NCBI GenBank assembly: GCA_029953675.1 | Contig: JAMWBK010000007.1 | Location: 1,054,001 to 1,118,000 of the forward strand | Length of the DNA stretch: 64,000 bases | DNA from: Rhodosorus marinus CCMP1338 | Taxonomy: Eukaryota; Plantae; Rhodophyta | Direction: 5' to 3' | Shown here: one piece after another, positions 24,776 through 37,466 of the stretch | Position numbering within the stretch: position 1 is the stretch's first letter | Layout of the letters: each line of letters opens with the position of its first letter | Notes under the pieces: generated by a model | What the model was told of the DNA's origin: nothing | Databases searched by the model: none | Seen by the model: the letters and a program-made list of their open reading frames with translations, nothing else | Program-made: the position numbers and the translations under genes

Positions 24776-27700
24776 ATGGGGGTCTGTGATAGTCCTGTGG
24801 AGCTTGTGGCTAGGCTTGGTGAGAGTGTGACTGGTTTCCGTGGATCTCGATCGAAGATTGCGGCTTTTGAGCAGATCCTAAAGGCAGGAAGCCATTATGA
24901 AGGATTCGATGAGCTCGCGGAATCGATATTGTTTTGTCTCGCGCTCAAGGGAGAAGCGGATCAGGCGGAGAAAGTTTGCATCTTGATCAAGGAGCTCTCT
25001 GGGATGGCAGCTGCTGAGCCTTGGGCGAATCCGTTGATCAAGGTGCTACTACTCCTCTTCAGAACAGATTCCAGGCATCAAACTGTTTCCATTGAACAGT
25101 CCGTTATGAATGCTCCGACTTGCAATTTGATCCTTGATGCATCCAAAATGCCATCTGAAGATTGTGGTAGGCCTCATCCGTCAGATCTCACCATTTTGGC
25201 CATATACGAAAAACGCTGAAACCAGCCGGATTGTCGTCCCAGGTCGAGAGAATTATATCCTGACAGATAGAGGAGCAAATGAAGCGTTTGATCGAATGAT
25301 GAGGTCGTCACTCCCATCCTTGGAAGAACGCTCCTTCCACAGCGAAAGAGATCCGATCTTGTTGGCATGCAGAGCTGGCACAGCGAAGACCAATTCTCCT
25401 AATAGAACCGTTTCAGTATTCAACAAGGAGGTAATGACGACCTAAAAAGCTTTTTTGGTGGAAGAATCTGTGCCTCAAGACTGCGCCTTGTTAGGATTCA
25501 GTGCAGAAGGAACACAAGGTTGATGATCCGGTTCAGGAATTCTTTTACCTTTCGGAAATGCCGCCTTCCGCATTCGAGTCGATCTACTCCCTCCACTTCG
25601 GTCCTGAGGCCGGGATTTCGTCCACGCTGTTACCCTCCAGAGAAGTAAGGCTACTGGCGATCCAGGCGCTTTCCAACTACGGAGAGTTGGATGCAGCGTG
25701 TCTAAAAAGGATGCCAATTTGCCGTCGAAAGGCTCTAAAAGAGTGTATTGAAGCCCAGCAAGCATTGGCATTTCTCGAGGAGAAGGTTTCAGTCTGGTTG
25801 GAGTCGAGCGAAACTGTTCCTTACGGGTTGAAAGGCGTTGCAGAGTTTGTCACGGAGTTCCTGGTGCGTCACAGAATTCCATGTAACGAGTTCCGCTGTC
25901 TGTGTGCTGAGCTTCTGGCCCTTAATTGGTGCCTCCCCCAGGATTCCCACTACGGTTTGATGATGGAACTACGCGAATCATCCACCTCGACGCTCCTATC
26001 CTTGATGCTGAGGTCTGCTCCGACACGTTCCAAGCTTTTACAAATGAAGAACCTACTCCAAAAGCTTGACATCAACGCGGCGGAGACGTATGAGAATGCG
26101 AAGAAGGCTCTCCCGACGTTGCCTTCAACGTCGACCGTGCGAGACGAAGTACTCCTTGCGTACGCGCTTGGAGTGATCGAAGAAGCTCTTGTGCAGCTGC
26201 TAGGACGGAGCCAGAAGCTCAGCGGCAGCATCCAGATCCCCGGACTGGAGAGCGGGAAAATAGAGGAAACGCGAAACATGCTTCGGAGCCTTCGAGATAT
26301 CAAGCCCGACCATCCAGTCTTCGGTTTGGGAATCAAATCACTTGAGTCGTCTACCCCGATGCAGAAGCTCGGAGAGCTCAAGCTGTCCCTATCGAGGTTC
26401 TTATTCCGACAAAGCAGGTCGGTGAAGGCAGCTAGGCTAAGACTCCCGTTTAAAATCCCTGACCTAGGTTCCTAGCTGAAGTAGGCAAGTCCGCAGAGCT
26501 TGGAGATGAAGAGGATGAGAGACTCCTGAGGCACGTTCGTCAACGACTCGAGGAGCTCAACAATTGCGTACCAGTCGCGTCAATGGTTTCCATCCTTGTT
26601 GCGGAGCCCTGTGCCTACATAGAGCAGACTATCGGCAAAGTCATTACGAGGCTCATCAGGTTGTCGCTTCCGGTTGCGAGCATCCTGCAGATGCTCCAGA
26701 GGTACGAAGAACCTTCACGATTCTAATACCCTTCAGAACTATCGGGGATTGTTGCTAATTCCCCCCCTTTTGCTGTACCACGTGCCTCGCGGCAGGTGCT
26801 TCATGCTCAGCGGGGTGGACCGTGTTCCCAGCGCCTTCAGGAAGTGGGTTTCAAAGGCCTTCAAGTGGGAGGTATTTGAACCACGGCATCTTGGGGTTAT
26901 CATCGAGAGCGCTTGGATCGAGTGGGCGGAAAGCTGCTTTGACGCGCTTCAGCTCAGAGAGAGGCGCGGTATATCTATCACCACAGTTTTCGCGAACGGC
27001 TCTGGAGAGCGAACTGGGTGGGTATTTCTGAAGTCTTTTGGTCGTAAGCGTGTATCTTATTTCCAAGACTGTGCTAACATGGTTTTGTTGTACGGGAAAA
27101 GCTTGCTCTGTGATTATATCTCCTTCAGCATGAGTTTGCCGCCACCATTGTCTTCAGTACTTTCGAAGGACACCGTTCAAGATTATGGGAAAATCTTTCA
27201 GTGGCAGCTGCGAATCCGACAGTGCGTAACTGTTCTCGGCGGTCTGTTTCTTGCATCCAGGCATTGGGATGCAGAGATAGGGAATCAGGTGAGAGGTGCC
27301 ACCTCAAAGGAACAAGTAGACGGTTAATGCGTATTGATCAGACTTTCATCGTGACTTCGATAAAGGCTGATAAGCTCAGATGCGATGCGTGCGTTCTCGT
27401 GAACGGATTGCAAGCGATTTTTGCAGAGCGCGTTGAACTTGGCCTATGGAAGGAATTGTATGCGAAGATCGACCTCAGCTCGGATTCTACTTTGGAGATG
27501 ACTCAGCTCCACAAAACTTTCCTTACCGAGTCAATGAAATGGTGCTTTTTGGACAAAGATTCTAGTCAGGTCAATGCTGCGATATCCGCGGTCGTCGATG
27601 CCGTACTCGCGCTGGAGTGTGTCCTGGAACCAGAAAAAGTCCAGGACTCGCCTCCAGCGTTCATGGAGAAGATGCGCCTTCAAGCATCCCTGAGCCTGTT

Positions 27701-27815
27701 GATTCTTGCACAGACACTACAGAACCTCGTATCGCAACCGGATCCCCTTGAACACCACGTGCTACTATTGCAAAGGATTGACTTGAACGGCTTCACAACG
27801 GACGCAGGAATGTAA
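24776..27815 (+). CDS. Gamma-tubulin complex component (Spc97/Spc98 family, GCP4/5/6-like), multi-exon
   Basis: GRIP2-like motifs ISFSMSLPPPLSSVLSKDTVQDYGKIFQWQLRIR and EMTQLHKTFLTESMKWCFL, plus a helical N-terminal extension. A chain of long + ORFs (24770, 25134, 25501, 26674, 27201) has intron-like gaps. Paralogue not resolved. Confidence 0.7.
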
Positions 27816-28974
27816 CAGCGACTTTGGGCGCGTGAGGAGTGGGGAAATTTTTGCTCGGGACTTGCGGACCTAAGCTCGCCATTGCTAATTTCCACGCACC
27901 AGATAGGTGTATACTGCTAACTAGTACTAACTGATGTTCATAGAAATCGGAAATAAGATTAACCTCTCTCCGAAGTGGACCGAAAGTTTTGCCTTGTTGG
28001 TGGCCGCCACATTAACCGATGTCGGAGGAAAGCCTTTGCTGATTTCGGATCGAGTGCCCGGAAAGATCTAGTTCAGAAACAGTACTGGTTACGTCCTGGA
28101 CCTTGACGACTGTGAGACATGCTCCTCCGCCAAGTATTCGGATAGAGAGATGGAGGCGGATTGGAACATCCACGGAGGCGGAATACCAACTCGGGGTTGG
28201 CTACAGATATTAACAAAATTTAGTATTCAAACATATGTATTTTAGAAACTTAAGGAGATATTTAGCAGTAATTTAAGAATTCTACACAATAAATCGATTT
28301 TTCGAGAGAAAAAGTATGCCAATTTTTATTTATCATAATCAATGATTATATTAAGAACATGTTTACAATTTTTCTATTTAAAAACAATTTCAAGACAAAT
28401 GATATTTTTTTATTTTATCTATTTTATATGATATTATAATTGTATCAACTTGTTTTTGAGAAAATATCTAGTTGTGACTAAACTATTTATAAATTCTCGT
28501 TATTGGTAATGTTTTTCATATGTTTATTGAGCAATATGTCGTTTGGATATGAAACGATTTTTTGTCCACAATGGTTTAGATTTGCTGGCTGGGAGAAACT
28601 GGTGTGGATGGAGGTAAAGAGTGGTGGAACCCGTGGATAGGAACGACCAATGTGGTGGCCATGCAGTACGGAGGATGACTGGATAGCACATTGATGAATC
28701 CTCTTAAATTGGATCTTGAAAAAATGCATGTGAATTTCAGGTCTGAAAAAATGTCCCGTGCTTAGCCGGAGGTTTGGATTAATAGCTTTGGTGAGGAGCG
28801 GGTGTGGGTCTTTTGGGGGGGGGAGGATTGAAGAGAAACAGACTGTTTCTTGTCTGGAGAAATCTCTGCGTGAAGTAGGGGAGCAAATTGAGATTTCAAG
28901 GAAAAAGAAAGTCGACACTGGAACCGCTTGTAATCTTCGGTCGAGTGAGTGTTCGTTGGGTTGGCAGTAGTAGG

Positions 28975-29606
28975 ATGGATCCTGTAACATGCGGATTTGT
29001 TCCGGGAATTCCCGTAAGCGCTTCGTTTCCTGTTCAGATTTTCATAGCTCTCTCGTGCTTTAGTTTTTGCTTGCTGCTGACTCGGTCATCCCGCTGCTCT
29101 TCTGTCCTCAGGTCAAAGGATTGACTCCTCAAAGACCTCGGATTGAGCAGAGCCGTTGGAGGGTCGTGAAGTGCAGAAGTTTACAGAATCCGAGCCCGGA
29201 AGATGCTTGGAAGATTCATATTCCAGAAGGATACGAAGAGACAATGAGGCTCGAAGGCGAGCCCGGCTGTGAGTCTTGTGCTGGAAACGGATCGATAGCT
29301 TGCGCGCCATGTATGGGTACGGGTGTAATTACTGTCGAGATGTTCGGGAAGACTTCAAGCTGCACATGCCATCTCTGCGGCGGGAAGAAGACGATTCCCT
29401 GTCCAGTTTGCAAGAGAATGATCTACAGCAGTGTTGTCTGGTGGAAAGTGAGCAAACTAGAGGGCTCACAAAGTAATTTCCAAGGCTCTTCGAATGCTGA
29501 CAAGCTTGTGTCCCTGCGAAAACAACAGGACTTTCAGAAGAAGAAGGACGAAGCAGGCGTCGCCCAATTAAACGGTAACAAAGCTGTAGATGAAACAGAT
29601 GGCTGA
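28975..29606 (+). CDS. DnaJ-type zinc-finger (CxxCxGxG) protein, probably plastid-targeted
   Basis: CESCAGNG, CAPCMGTG, CHLCGGKK and CPVC motifs with no J-domain. Exon 1 is 28975-29013 (MDPVTCGFVPGIP); intron 29014-29111 is GTAAGC..CTCAG. Confidence 0.88.
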
Positions 29607-29619
29607 GCGTCACGAACGC

Positions 29620-30661
29620 ACGCATGGGATCGAACGTGTAGGATGAGCTTGTCAAGGTTGAACTGATACAGTTGCTGAGAACCTGGGTACACTCGTGTGT
29701 TTCCTCTGCTGTGGAACGCAACAGGTCCACTTGCTTAACGGAAAAATGACGGACACTGGTTCTGGCAAGCAACTCAAGGGTTTTTTTTTGATGTTTGGGA
29801 TTACTTCGCTCTCGAGCACTGAGCAACGTATTGAAACTCTGCGATAGAAAGCTCTGGTTTTCTTGCTACACCAGAGTAGGTATTTTGATGTAAAAGGAAT
29901 AGTGCTGTGACTTGCAGGAAGAAAGACGACACACCGTGATCGTCGTTTTGCAGCTGTAAGAACTTGTTATGTCAACTAATCCTACACTCGACAACCTGTG
30001 GCGGTCAGCTAGTTCTGCGAACTGGAGACAAAGCACGCACGCAACTTCATTCTCCACTAGGCCGGTTCTGCTGGCTGGCCACACTGGCTTTGTCTTCCGA
30101 GAACGGGTGAACTCATCCAAAGCCCATAGAGATAGCTCTAGGGGCTGTCTCCAGTGGGTCGACTGGAATGCTCACACCTCCGGAGCGGGTGCTAAGCAGA
30201 GTCCGAACTCGAGCTTAAGGGCTCTTGCCAAAGACTAGTGTATTAATATTTGTTGATTCTAACCGCGGACTAATTAGAAAGCCCGTCGATCCACCTTCTA
30301 GAACAGACGGTAAGCAAAAGTCCAAGAGCCCGAGTCTCCTCTAGCCCTGTGGTCCGCACAGTCCATCAGCCAGCTGCTCTGTAGCTGCAGTACAGTTCTG
30401 GGCCCATTACAAAACAAAAGCATACTCGATACTCGATCGTATCCGGCTCTCCTTCTCCATTTGAAGATAGGACTCAATCTGGGGCCCTCGCTCACTATCC
30501 TCCGTGGCTCCAGAGTGCCTGGGCGAACAAACATTGTTATGTTCATTCAAGGGTGGTACAGTGGTATGCTCTGCTTGTCGCATAGTCTCGACCGAGACTG
30601 ATTGCCGCAGAGACTCTGGCGATCCGACTGTATCCAGAGGTTCTAGTAAAACCTGGTCCAA
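29620..30661 (-). CDS. Possible multi-exon hypothetical protein
   Basis: Three successive protein-like minus-strand ORF segments (30661-30407, 30120-29866, 29826 to about 29620) with intron-like gaps. No recognisable motif; the model is unresolved. Confidence 0.3.
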
Positions 30662-30749
30662 AAGGAACTACGAGTTGAACCGACGTCTGTCTCTCCCAAC
30701 AGAGACGGGAAGAACACTGGTTCTCTACCGCGAACGAGAACGTGTCGGC

Positions 30750-31769
30750 TCAGCATGGCTGGTTCTTTAGGAACGTGAACGTCGTCAACAGGGAGATCAC
30801 TTCGTAGGCGTGCGCTGAAGGAGCTGACTTTTCAGCTTGAAAATCGGAGAGCACGGAGTTGAGCAAGTCCTGAGAAACTTTTCTATGGTCTTCATAGAAC
30901 TCCCGAAAGTTATCGATCTGAAGCATCTGAAGATCTGACCGTTTCGCCATCTCAACCAGCGTCGGAAAGTGGACGAGGTACTCGGTTTTGTCAACGAGAA
31001 ACGCGGCTCCATCGTTCTTGTATCGAATGACGCACTCTGTACCGACGGTTTTGAAGTTCTCACCACTCGGCAGATACATTTCGAACAGCCCTTTCCTGAC
31101 TCGGATATCGTCCTTGAAAACTCCGGAGTGTCCTCGTCGTTTTTGATTGCCGCGGATCTCGATCTCCTTCTGTGCTAGCGTCCATAGCGCGCTTGAGTCC
31201 GTGGTAGTTCCAAACAAATACCCGCCAACACGCAGAGCGCTACTCGCGAAATCGAGAAACGCATCTACCCTATGAATCGACTCGAAAATCTCCTGGAGGT
31301 TTGAAAATGTACAGACTGCAGAGAAGCTTCCTACATCAAATGGATCAGCTACATAGGGCGGTCTAGACGTGATGGAAAGGTCAACGAGATCAACATTAGG
31401 ACTCGATTGGAACTCAGCATCACAGGACACAAAGCGAGAACCACAAGCCGAGGACGAGGCTGAAGGTAATGACGGTTCTTACCCATCGCTTCTCCAAGTG
31501 ACGATCTGAACTTTCGCTTTCTCAATCCCCAGAAACAACGGCCGAATATCAGATTCATCCACTTCGCCATCTAATGAAACGACCAGGACCGATTCACCAT
31601 CTCGAACAAGATGCTTAACTAGGAGCCTCACCGTCCTAACCAAAATATGGAAGAAAAAATCACAGGAAATCGTCTCAGTAAAACCTAACCACGCACAAAA
31701 ACCTTCATTTCTGCCACCTTCAACACAAACAAAACGCCCACCAGAGGAAGAAAACAGCCAACTCACCAT
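30750..31769 (-). CDS. mRNA cap guanine-N7 methyltransferase-like protein (divergent; resembles the plant RNMT2 type)
   Basis: ALRVGGYLFGTTTDSSALW, EYLVHFPTLVEMA, NFREFYEDHR and YEVISLLTTFTFLK match the C-terminal half of cap N7-methyltransferases. The N-terminal exon(s) lack a clear DLGCGKGGD motif. Confidence 0.8.
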
Positions 31770-31929
31770 TGCTCAACCGCTTTGGACCAGTTCAGCGCCA
31801 AGGCATTTCCATGAATATGGCTAAGCATCAAACTCGGACAAAAATTGCTCGCAACCATTCCTAATTACTTAAAATGCATTGCCAGGATAAACAAGAGACA
31901 CAGCTCCATGTCAAGAGTTTTGCTCATCA

Positions 31930-32770
31930 GCCCCAATCGACTTTGGCTGAATGCAAGCACTGCCTTTCCTCGATAGGCACAGTAGTACTATTAGTACAGT
32001 CAGATCACGTTGAGGGAGGTGTGAGGTGGAGCTCTACGGCTGTCGGAAATTCCGCAATCGCGTTGCCAAGGTAAACGTACAGGTCAGATCTCTGAAAGTG
32101 CTTGGACACCCAGCACCGATCGACTTGGCTGAATGCAAGTGCTGCCTTTCCTCGATAAGCATTGTAGTTCTATTAGTACAGTCAACATCACGTTGAGGAA
32201 GGTGCGGGTGGAGCTCTACGGTTGACGGAAATTCATCAAGCCCATTGCCAAGTTAAACGCACATTTCAGACCTTTGAAGAGCTTGAACACCCAGCACCGA
32301 TCGACTTGGCTGAATGCAAATGTGCCTTTCTTAGACAGCCATAGTAATTCTATTAGGACAGCATATCAAATCGAGGAGGTTGCAAAGTGGAGCTCTACGG
32401 CTAACGGAAATTCATCAAGCCCATTGCCAAGTTAAACGCACAGATCAGAGATTTGAAGAGCTTGAACATCCAGCCCCGATCGACTTGGCTGAATGCAAAT
32501 GTGCCTTTCCTCGACAGCCATAGTAATTCTATTAGGACAGCATATCAAATCGAGGAGGTTGCAAGGTCTCCACGGGAGCTCTACGGCTAACGGAAATTTC
32601 TCAATCGCGTTGCCAAGGTAAACGTACTTATCAGATCTTTGAATGAGCTTGAACACCCTGCACCCGCGATCGACTTGACTGAATGCCCGTGCTGCATTTA
32701 ATCGATGGGCACCAGCAGTTCTATAAGTACTTCGGATCACGTCGCTGGGGAGCCCTGCGGTTGACGGATT
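31930..32770. repeat. Degenerate tandem repeat, unit about 180 bp, about 4.6 copies
   Basis: The anchor (g/a)atcgact(t)ggctgaatgc recurs at 31935, 32118, 32299, 32478 and 32668 (periods 183, 181, 179, 190). Confidence 0.92.
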
Positions 32771-32990
32771 TTGTCGTCTCTGATTTGTTTGCTGGCCGAA
32801 ATACGTATATTGACTTGTTAATACAGTATCCTCAGGCTTCACGGAGTCTCCCTGCCTCCGCTCGACGTCGTTGTGCTGGAGCTTCTTCCATGCAGCGCCT
32901 GAAAAGACTCGCTGACCTTCGCAACTCGGCGTTATGTCGACCAGGCTTGTTTCTCTCGTGGGCTTGTCGACAACGTATGGTCTGAAAGGC
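32740..32990 (+). mobile_element. Old remnant of the RLE non-LTR retrotransposon endonuclease region
   Basis: RLTDFVVSDLFAGRNTYIDLLIQYPQASRSLPASARRRCAGASSMQRLK aligns with RVADLVVTDLNARRSEYIDLSIPCPQATRYLPASARRRGAAARSMRQVK of the 41-59 kb family. Confidence 0.8.
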
Positions 32991-33574
32991 TTGACAGTAT
33001 AGCCTACTCTGGCGTTCGTACGCTGCTTTATGGTTTGAGAGACAAGCCAAGTCTAATATAGGCCAAAGCAACCTAGGAAGGAGAGCTAATAAAGCGGCTC
33101 ATCTTTATCTAAGCAGATTGCTGCTCTCTCAGTTAACCTCATCATATGGGATTAGTTCAAAGAGAGCCAACGTACGCTCAGGAGGGCGCTGAGCTTCAGG
33201 CAAGCACGACCCATCCATCATGAGCAACCACTGCGACCAGCTTCCAGGCCCCTGCTGTTACTAGCAGAGTACGAATACGTACTAAATTTACGTTTATGTC
33301 CATTTTCGGCGTACCGGCGAGAAGACGAAGGATCCTTTTGCGTTGGCCATAGAGAGCGTTGGAGATGGCGAGGGGAATGAGAGCTGAGCGTTGTGGTCTC
33401 TCGCAGAGGGAAAGCTTGGAAGCACAAGAAGTGGAGAGAATCCTGGAGAGCGGCGTCTATTTTTCATTTGAGAAGGAAGGGGATTGATGGAGGTGGCTTT
33501 AAGAGTTGGCCTCGCGTTTGCTGGACGTTTTGAACCGTTTTTGTGATGGTGTGTGGATTGTAGAGGAAAACAAA

Positions 33575-34792
33575 ATGGGTTCTGGAGAGGATAGCGATGG
33601 GAAGCGGTCGCTTCCGGAGCATCTTGAGAGGATGAGGTCGAGGGTGGAAGTCGGTTCGAAGGTTCCGAGTAATTCTGAGGGAGTCTATTATTCTGGTGCG
33701 TACTCGTCGATGGGAGTCGACAACTCCCTGAGCGTCTCAGACCTGGAGAAGAGGCTTAAAGTGAAAATATTGGAGAAAGAAAAAGACCGAATCGTGTTTG
33801 AACTCATCGGAATTGATGCTCCCATCGCCAACACAATTCGACGCATCCTGCTCTCTGAGGTGCCCACCATGGCGATTGAGAAGGTCTCCTTCTTCGCGAA
33901 TTCTTCGGTTATCCACGAAGAAATCCTCGCCCATCGGCTGGGCCTGATACCGCTCGATGTCGATCCAAACCTGTTCGACTACATGGAGGAAGGAGCCGAA
34001 CCCTCCGAGGTGAACGCCCTCAAGTTCAGGCTCAAAGTACAATGCACCAAGGTTGCAGCAGTACCCGCAGAGGCCAAGCCTTCGCTCAAATACCACAACT
34101 CGGACGTCTTTTCCAGTATGCTAGAGTGGGAACCTATTGGGGAACAGGCCGAAGTCTTCGGTTCCAAGCCACCAAAGCCCGTTAACGACGATATCCTCAT
34201 CGCAAAACTAAGGCCTGGACAGGAGATCGATCTGGAGGTGCTCGCAGTCAAAGGTATCAGCAAGGACCATGCCAAATGGTCCCCTGTAGCGACTGCATTT
34301 TACAGGTAAGAAGGCGATTCCAGCAATCCAAGTTTTTGGAGTAGACGTTCTGACTGCTGTCGCGTCGCGTGGTGCTCTCTGGCGAACAGAATGCTTCCGC
34401 AGGTGGAGCTGCTTAAGAGCATTGAAGGTGCTGACGCAATAGAGCTGAAGGACATGTGTCCATCGAATTGTTTCGATATTGAGGAATCAGGTAAGGCCGT
34501 CGCAGTCAGGCCAGGCCAATGCACTATGTGCAGAGAGTGCATTCGTCACGGTGATTGGGAAGAGAAAATAAGGCTGTCGAGGGTCCGAGATCATTTCATC
34601 TTCTCCATCGAATCCACTGGAGCGATCGCACCGGAGGATCTGTTCATGCGGGCCCTCCAGGTGCTAGTCGATAAGTGCGGGAACGTTGTTGAGAGGCTGA
34701 CTGAATCCCTGGACGTATCATCGGCGCAAGCACGTGCGAGTACGAACAAGGAACACCTCTCACATTTAACGCGCATGTCGACGGGTAGATGA
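33575..34792 (+). CDS. POLR1C: DNA-directed RNA polymerases I and III subunit AC40/RPAC1
   Basis: FELIGIDAPIANTIRRILLSEVPTMAIEKV, IHEEILAHRLGLIPL, IAKLRPGQEIDL, GISKDHAKWSPVATAFYR-MLP, CTMCRECIR and FIFSIESTGA; intron 34306-34389. Confidence 0.97.
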
Positions 34793-34966
34793 TTCTCCCG
34801 CCGACCCGATCCTTGGTCCATTCCGTTCAAACCGAGCACTGTCAATCTCATCCCCGCGTGTACTCCAGTTATGTACAGTCTTATTGCTTGTGAATGATCT
34901 CAGCCTTGGCATCCGTTTATAAACAATTACAGAAATAATTTACAGGGCAAACCGAAATCGCCTCGC

Positions 34967-37466
34967 CTAGTTGTTTCCTGCAAGATCTCCAGCGTTGCTT
35001 CCGGGATCGATCTCGTTAATTAGTCCGGATATAGCTCTCATGGATCCTTCATCTTCCATGTCCTCTGCAGCGCCCAGAAGCTCGGATAATGCCTGCATGC
35101 CCCGGTTGGGTATAGATGGGAAGACCAGGAGGTTGAGTCTTGGGAGCTCGCCGTTCCTTCCCCGTGCTCTTGGGCATTGCGTTTTCTTACCCGCGTGAAG
35201 CTCAGTCGATGACCGACTCCCAGGTGTGCGCTCTCCCTTGTAGCTCGGCGTCCAATCTGCAGCCCAAGCTTGACGTTTCCAATCATGGTCGTGATATGCA
35301 GCAACTTTAGGTAAAACCCCGGCGCCATGTAGTGTGGGTTCTTCATGTGAACCATCCATATGACGGATACGAGATCGAGACGGTTCGCATTCTTGACATG
35401 GTGTACTAGGCTACTCGGGGAAAGATTTCTGAATTCAGCCGACGTTCAAGATTTTGCTTTGTCGGGAAGCGATTTGCTAGTCGCACCTCATCAGAAGCTT
35501 TCCATTTGGAGTGCAGTCATCATCTGTCATCGCCTCGAGCATTTCAAGCGCCGAATCGACGTCCGAGACTGAGCAATATCCGTGGATAATACAACTGTAG
35601 GTAACAGTGTTGGGAAATACTCCGTTTGCGCGCATGTCACTCAGCACCTCGGAGGCTTTGTCCATCCTGCTCGAGCGAAAATTCCATGGCAAATTGATCA
35701 GTCCAAAGCCCCACAAAGCTTCACCCCAAGACGAGCAGGATTACGGATGGTATGGTTGTATACCTGCCGGATTTACAACAGGCATCGATAAGGCAGGTAT
35801 AGATGACCACGTTCGGTTTAATGTTCCACTGCCTCATTTCACGGAATCTGTTGACGAAAAGCCTGGAAATCTTCAGCTGATGCTTTGACATGTGGTTGAA
35901 CACATATGGCGCCCTCCACTACGAGCGAATGGAAGATTGCGGCGTGCCACGTACATCTCAAAAGCTCGGTCTGGATCGTCTGCCTCGGCGCAGGCTTCGA
36001 CGAGCACAGCGAACGTTATCACATTAGGCCACACGCCGTGATTCTTCATGTCCTAGGCATGCATTTTCATCTGCTTTTCAGCGACGGCGAGGCGCCTCCG
36101 GCCACCCGTGAGAGCTGGTGAACTTCTATTATTTAACGCACCTCGAACAGCAACATGGCCGAATCCAGACGTCCAGATCTGCCGCACGCATCTATCAACG
36201 CCGAGTAACTCGCTTGATCCATGCGTATGCCCTCGGCTTCCATTCTATCTGCAACCTCAAAAGCTTTCTCCACGTCGCCCACTTTACCAAGCGCGTCGAT
36301 CACCGATCCGAAAGTAAACTTGTCGGGACGAAGTCCACGAGCCCGCATTTTATCGATTACCGCAAACGAAAGATCTGGTCGATTTGACCTCGCACAAGCT
36401 GCAACGAGCGCATTGTACGCGATCGAGTTCACCGTTCCGCCTTCTGCACAGGCGTTCAAAATATGGATCACAAACAAAGTCAGAAGAAGTGAGCTTTTGA
36501 TGAACCAGAGACAAACCTGCTAGTCGCAGTCGGAATTAAAATTCTAACCCGTAGATTCGATAAAGTCGAATGTTCTGATAGCCTTATCCAACATCTTGGC
36601 TTTTCCATAGATGTCTATCACGAGAATGGCAGTCTTGACGTTCTTCGGGGGGATTAGCCGCCATGTAATCTCTGCTTCACGGATGACCTCAAGAGCGACC
36701 CTGTGATTCGTTTCACGAAGAGCGATCTTCCTTTGAGAATTTGGCACGTAGATCTTCTTCTATGGCGATGCTCTCTGCCCTACCCGATGAGTTTCTGCTT
36801 TGAAAGTCTGGACAAGAAATCGTTCAAATCCGACTGGTCAGGTATGTATTGGTTCTCGTGCGCGAATCTGAACGCATCTCTTGAACGACTAACGAGCATC
36901 GTGAAAAAATTCTCCTTCAACTTTCTATGGTCCAGTATCTCCTTGTCCCCTCTGTCTTTGTTCCGTGGATTTCTTCCCTTGCCGCCGCCTTGTCCTGGAC
37001 GGGTGGTCTGGCCTAGCTTCTTCTTCTTCTTACCCGCTCCGAGGGAGATACTGTTCCGCTTCGTGAACCTATCAGTTCCGCTTGAATTCACTGGATCCTG
37101 TGAAGCCGACTTCGGTTCACGCTCAGGGTCGTCCAGACTGTCGCTCCGTTTTCTTCGAGATCGTCTTTTCCTAATCCAAACCAGAACTTCCCGCTCAATT
37201 CTGTGTAGATATATATAAACAAGCACAAACTCGCGCATTCGAACCAGGGAATGTGGTGCCTACCTCCAGTAGGATCGGTTCTTTCGCTTCCCTCCATCAC
37301 TATCCCCATCGCCCTCTCCTCCGCCTCTGGCCAGCTGCCGAAGCACAACATGTTGACACGGCCTAGAAAACGCTACTTTCTCAGGACAATACAAATCATT
37401 CACGGCAGGTCCTAGGGAACTATTAGAACCACCAGAACCGATCCAAAAACATGAAACAAACCCCAT
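34967..37466 (-). CDS. Pentatricopeptide-repeat (PPR) protein, probably plastid-targeted, multi-exon
   Basis: Tandem PPR motifs: AYNALVAACARSNRPDLSFAVIDKMRARGLRPD, TFGSVIDALGKVGDVEKAFEVADRMEAEGIRMD, SYSALIDACGRSG, IYTCLIDACCKSG and TYSCIIHGYCSVSDVDSALEMLEAM. Transit-like MGFVSCF start. C-terminal exon structure uncertain. Confidence 0.9.
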
